This document shows, one piece after another, positions 49,455 to 52,680 of a stretch of DNA of 52,680 bases; the first letter of the stretch is position 1, and each line of letters begins with the position of its first letter. The notes under the pieces are model-generated. The model saw nothing but the letters and a program-made list of their open reading frames with translations, was not told the DNA's origin and searched no databases. The DNA comes from Gemmatimonadales bacterium (GTDB lineage Bacteria > Gemmatimonadota > Gemmatimonadetes > Gemmatimonadales > GWC2-71-9), in NCBI GenBank assembly GCA_035601435.1, contig DATNOH010000264.1, forward strand, positions 1 through 52,680. The letters are read 5' to 3'. The position numbers and the translations under genes are program-made.

Positions 49455-49926
49455 GCGTCAGATCCTTGAGATAGATCACCAGGTCGTCGCCGGGGGCGTA
49501 GTACCCCGGGAGCCGGGCCGCCTGGGTGTAGCCGCGCCGCTCGTAGAAGGCGCGCGTGGGCCCGTAGTCAGTGCGGGACGACGTCTCGACGACGACCAGT
49601 CGCCCCCTATCCGTCTTCAGCCGGTCCTCGACCGCGCGCAACAGCTCGGTGCCGAGCCCCTCGCGCTGCCGGGCGGGGTCGACGACGATCCAATAGAGGT
49701 CGAAGGTCCCCTCGGTGCCCGGCGTCGGCCCCCAGCAGGCGTACCCGACGAGGCGGTCATCCGCATATGCGCCAAGGAAGCGGTAGTCGTCGTCGCCCGC
49801 GAGGGCGTCGTCGAGCAGCTCCACGGCCATGGCGACCTCGTCCGGCCGGAACAGGCCGGTGGCCGCCGTGAGCCGCTCAAGCGGTGCGCGTTGCGCGTGA
49901 CCGACGGGACGGAGCGAGTAGCTCAC
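49426..49926 (-). CDS. GNAT-family N-acetyltransferase
   Basis: 166 aa. RQREGLGTELLRAVE is the acetyl-CoA site, and FYERRGY is present. Overlaps the upstream gene by 50 nt and the downstream gene by 29 nt. Confidence 0.8.
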   Translation of the reverse strand: MSYSLRPVGHAQRAPLERLTAATGLFRPDEVAMAVELLDDALAGDDDYRFLGAYADDRLVGYACWGPTPGTEGTFDLYWIVVDPARQREGLGTELLRAVEDRLKTDRGRLVVVETSSRTDYGPTRAFYERRGYTQAARLPGYYAPGDDLVIYLKDLTHGVLATATA

Positions 49927-50896
49927 GCGCCGCCTTGGCGCCCTGCGCCTCGCGGAGCGCGACCTCGGCGATCCGGCGCACCAGCTCCGCGTAGTCCCAG
50001 CCGGCGACCTTTGCCATGCGGGACAGGCCGGCGTCGTCGTTCAGATCCGGATTGGGATTGACCTCGAGCACCCAGGGCCGGCCCTGGTCGTCCACTCGGA
50101 GATCGACCCGGCCGTAGCCCTTTCCCTGCATGGTCCGCCACGCGAAGTCCGCGACCCGAACGAGGCGATCGGCGAGCTTCTGCGGGACGGCAGCCGGACA
50201 CTGGGGCACCGAGCCGAGGTCGTCGGCGGAGCCGACCTCCCACTTCCCGGCGTACGTGAGGATGGGCCACGCGCCCTCGGGCATGCGGCTGAAGTCGATC
50301 TCCGCGATCGGCAACACGCGGCTCCCGACGAAGCCGACGTTGAACTCGCGGCCGCCGATGTACTCCTGGACGAGCACTTCGTCGAACTGCTCCGTCATGG
50401 CCGCGAGACGCGCGCGCAGCGACTTCCGGTCGCTCACGACGGACCCCCGGTCGAGGCCCGCGCTGGCGTCCTCGCTCGCCGGCTTGACGATGGCGGGCAG
50501 CGGGAAGTCGTCCTCGATTTTGCCCTGCGCCACGGTCCACCGGGGAATAGGGATCCCGGCCTGCTGGAGCAAGGCGTTCGCGACGGGCTTGCGGCGGCAC
50601 GCGCCGAGGGTCCAGAGGCTCGCGCCGGTGATGGGAATGCCCGCGAATTCGAGCGTCCCCACGACGTGCTCTTCCCACTCGCTCTTCCCGTGTACCCCCT
50701 CGCACAGATTGAACACGAGGTCCGCCCGGCGGGCCACCTGGAACCAGCGCATGTCGTGGCGGACCGGGACTTTGCGGATTGCGTGGCCCATCGCGGCGAA
50801 GATCGCGCCGATTTCGTCGACGGCCTTCATCACGCCCCGGATGTCCTGCGGCGTCCAGTCTTCGGCCCCCGGGTCGAACAGAATAGCGATTTTCAC
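49877..50896 (-). CDS. ATP-grasp ligase, D-alanine--D-alanine ligase-like
   Basis: GTG at 50896 in a GTGA overlap (VKIAILFDPGAEDW...). PAIVKPASEDASAGL, VLVQEYIGGREFNV and GRVDLRVDDQGRPWVLEVNPNP are present. The remainder of track ORF 49877..51295 is rejected. Confidence 0.85.
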   Translation of the reverse strand: MKIAILFDPGAEDWTPQDIRGVMKAVDEIGAIFAAMGHAIRKVPVRHDMRWFQVARRADLVFNLCEGVHGKSEWEEHVVGTLEFAGIPITGASLWTLGACRRKPVANALLQQAGIPIPRWTVAQGKIEDDFPLPAIVKPASEDASAGLDRGSVVSDRKSLRARLAAMTEQFDEVLVQEYIGGREFNVGFVGSRVLPIAEIDFSRMPEGAWPILTYAGKWEVGSADDLGSVPQCPAAVPQKLADRLVRVADFAWRTMQGKGYGRVDLRVDDQGRPWVLEVNPNPDLNDDAGLSRMAKVAGWDYAELVRRIAEVALREAQGAKAARELLAPSRRSRATRTA

Positions 50897-51972
50897 GCGG
50901 AAGCAGCCGCCGCGTGTCGGGGCGCAGCATGCTGCGCCCCTATTGCTGGGCGCCCCCGTCTGTCGGCGAGCACGTCCTGTCCCGTCAGCCGACGCCAGGC
51001 GATGCGGACCACTTCCTGGATGAGCTCGTCGTAGCCGAACCCCGCGGCGCGCGCCGCCTTGGGGAAACAGGAGTTCATGGCCGGATCGGGAATGATGCCC
51101 GGCAACGGATTCAGCTCCAGGACGTTCGGGACGCCGAACCGGTCCACCCGCAGGTCCACGCGGCACCAGTCGCGGCAGCCGAGCGCGTGGTAGGCGTCGA
51201 GCGCGGTACGCTCGATTTCGCGGTACAGCCCCGCCTCCGCACGGGCCGGGCACTCGAAAATCGCGAGCGGTGCTTCCGGCCGGTCCCACACCCACTTCGC
51301 TTCGTAGCCGTACACCGGCGGCGCGCCTTCAGGCAACGCCGAGAAATCGAAACCGATGACGGGGAGGCAGTAGGCGTCGGCACCGTTCCCGAGGATGGCA
51401 ACGGTGAACTCGGGGCCTGGGAGGTACGTCTCGACCAGCACGGGCTCGGCGTAGCGCTCGAGCAGGAAGCGGGCGCGCTCCCCCAGCGCCGCGGCGCTCG
51501 CGCACAGGTTGCTGGCGAACACGCCCTTTCCGGATCCCTCGGCGACCGGCTTGATGAACACGGGGTAGGTCAGCGCCATGCGCTCGATCTGTTCCGGCGC
51601 CTCGATGCAGGTGAACGGAGCCGTGGGGACACCGCGGTACGCGAGCGTCTCCTTGGTCCGACCCTTGTGCAGCGACAGCGCCAGGGTGAGCGGGTCCGAT
51701 CCCGTGTACGGGATGTTCAGGTATTCGCAGATCGCGGGGACGAGCGCTTCGCGGCTCTGGCCATGGAGGCCTTCGGCCATGTTGAAGACGAGATCGGGGC
51801 GGGCGAGGACGACCTTCTGCGGAAAGAATTGATCGGCTTCGAGTCGGATGACGCTGCCGAAGGGACCGAGTGCCTGTTCCACCGCTGTGATGGTGGATGG
51901 GTCGTCCCACTCGGCGAAGGAGTCGCCGGTGCTGTCGGCGGGTTTTTCGTTGTATGCGAGACCGATGCGCAT
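50893..51972 (-). CDS. ATP-grasp ligase, D-alanine--D-alanine ligase-like (second copy)
   Basis: 359 aa. MRIGLAYNEK..., PVFIKPVAEGSGKGV, VLVETYLPGPEFTV and CRVDLRVDRFGVPNVLELNPLPG are present. GGAGG lies 14 nt upstream of the start. Confidence 0.85.
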   Translation of the reverse strand: MRIGLAYNEKPADSTGDSFAEWDDPSTITAVEQALGPFGSVIRLEADQFFPQKVVLARPDLVFNMAEGLHGQSREALVPAICEYLNIPYTGSDPLTLALSLHKGRTKETLAYRGVPTAPFTCIEAPEQIERMALTYPVFIKPVAEGSGKGVFASNLCASAAALGERARFLLERYAEPVLVETYLPGPEFTVAILGNGADAYCLPVIGFDFSALPEGAPPVYGYEAKWVWDRPEAPLAIFECPARAEAGLYREIERTALDAYHALGCRDWCRVDLRVDRFGVPNVLELNPLPGIIPDPAMNSCFPKAARAAGFGYDELIQEVVRIAWRRLTGQDVLADRRGRPAIGAQHAAPRHAAAASA

Positions 51973-51994
51973 GTGGTCTCGGGTGACCTCCTAC

Positions 51995-52017
51995 AAAAAA
52001 AGGCCGCTTGTGCGGTC
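51995..52017 (-). terminator. Weak hairpin plus a T7 run downstream of thyX (terminator-like)
   Basis: Minus strand reads GACCGC-ACAA-GCGGCC followed by TTTTTTT. The stem has one mismatch. It lies only 22 nt upstream of the ATP-grasp start codon. Confidence 0.3.
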
Positions 52018-52109
52018 TGTCGATCGAAACGCGTTGTCGAGTAGACAATAAAGAAGACGGGAGCGATGCGCAATAGGCAAAACAGAATTTTTTTCTGAGT
52101 CGACGCGCG

Positions 52110-52680
52110 TCAAACTTTGTGGTACGCGACGCGCGCGGCGTCGTGTTTGTCGTCGGCGAGATAAATCTCGAAATCGGCGAACAGCGCCGGCGCTTCGCGC
52201 TGCAGGACGCGCAGACACGCGACCGCCATGCGCCGGATCTCGAGCTCCGCGCCTTCGCCGGTGCGCAGCTCGAGCATGGTGCGCCACGCGCGCGCGTTCC
52301 CCGACACGACGATCTTCACCTCGGTGGCGTTGGGAAGGACGCTGCGCGCCGCTTCGCGCGCCACCTTGCGCCGGTGCACCTTGTCCGCGATCCACGCATA
52401 GCGTTGCATCAACGCCTCGACCGCGCGCACGTAGGCCGCTTGAGCGTCCGTCACGTCCTTCTCCCAGTTCGCCTCGAGCGCCGGGTCGCCCAGCATCGCC
52501 GGCGGAAGGACGAAGGCGGCGTGTGACTCGTCCACGTAGCGCTGCGACAGCTGGGAGTAGCCGAACCCGGCGCGGTGTCGCACCAGCTCGTGCGAGCAGG
52601 AGCGCGAGATTCCCTCGATCAAGAGCACGTACACCGCGTGCTCCAGCACCGAGCCGTGGCCCTGCTTCTTGATGTTCTCG
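52110..52680 (-). CDS. thyX: Flavin-dependent thymidylate synthase; the 5' end runs off the right edge
   Basis: ThyX motif ELVRHRAGFGYSQLSQRY. The frame stays open to the window edge (ENIKKQGHGSVLEHAVYVLL...), so the track start at 52649 is internal. Confidence 0.9.
   Translation of the reverse strand, partial: ENIKKQGHGSVLEHAVYVLLIEGISRSCSHELVRHRAGFGYSQLSQRYVDESHAAFVLPPAMLGDPALEANWEKDVTDAQAAYVRAVEALMQRYAWIADKVHRRKVAREAARSVLPNATEVKIVVSGNARAWRTMLELRTGEGAELEIRRMAVACLRVLQREAPALFADFEIYLADDKHDAARVAYHKV

Noticed and set aside
1-52680. Mobile elements, prophage, integrases, toxin-antitoxin or defence systems
   Set aside because: I found no transposase, integrase or recombinase-like ORF, no terminal inverted repeats, and no nuclease, helicase or methylase combinations typical of defence islands. 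The window reads as core or accessory metabolic chromosome.

Overview
Visibly GC-rich bacterial chromosomal segment (GC not computed; the gene content suggests Gemmatimonadota-like or a similar soil lineage, held at low confidence). It is gene-dense: I support about 55 protein genes. I recognise no rRNA, tRNA, CRISPR array, IS element or prophage. Many long ORFs in the track are Arg/Pro/Gly-rich antisense shadows of real genes and were discarded. Many adjacent genes share 1-4 nt start/stop overlaps (ATGA, GTGA), which I used to reset several starts.

Left to right:
- Partial Omp85-type barrel gene.
- Metal/arsenic block: CopB-type P1B-3 ATPase, a small Cys/His-rich secreted protein, a Met/His-rich outer-membrane barrel, and arsR-arsM-arsC with a palindromic operator.
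- Housekeeping genes: HAD hydrolase, aconitase A, GNAT, GAF/PAS histidine kinase, SDR, HtrA-like protease, peroxiredoxin, DsbA-like protein.
- DUF1800/DUF1501 pair.
- MsbA-like ABC exporter coupled to a UbiA prenyltransferase.
- A ten-gene minus-strand operon (29184 down to 22389), described below.
- A divergent plus-strand operon: EgtD-fold methyltransferase, betaine-type ABC transporter, EamA and MFS.
- A secreted charged heptad-repeat protein.
- SnoaL-like protein and a Rieske-flavoprotein fusion.
- DUF2252, MFS, an EF-G paralogue, a beta-propeller lipoprotein and a Zn-ADH.
- Two tandem M1 peptidases.
- A KamA (lysine 2,3-aminomutase family) / GNAT / two Ddl-like ATP-grasp cluster.
- Partial thyX.

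Main candidate for a new system: the ten-gene minus-strand operon is headed by an unannotated 30-aa ORF, MQIVEMQELVPSCHRPEIVETAELVPTCHS, which contains two tandem VP[ST]CH units. It is followed by an aldo/keto reductase with a PqqD/RRE-like tail, a DUF692 (MNIO) oxidase, an LssY_C-like secreted protein and a second RRE-like protein. I read this as a candidate RiPP biosynthetic cluster of an architecture I do not recognise.
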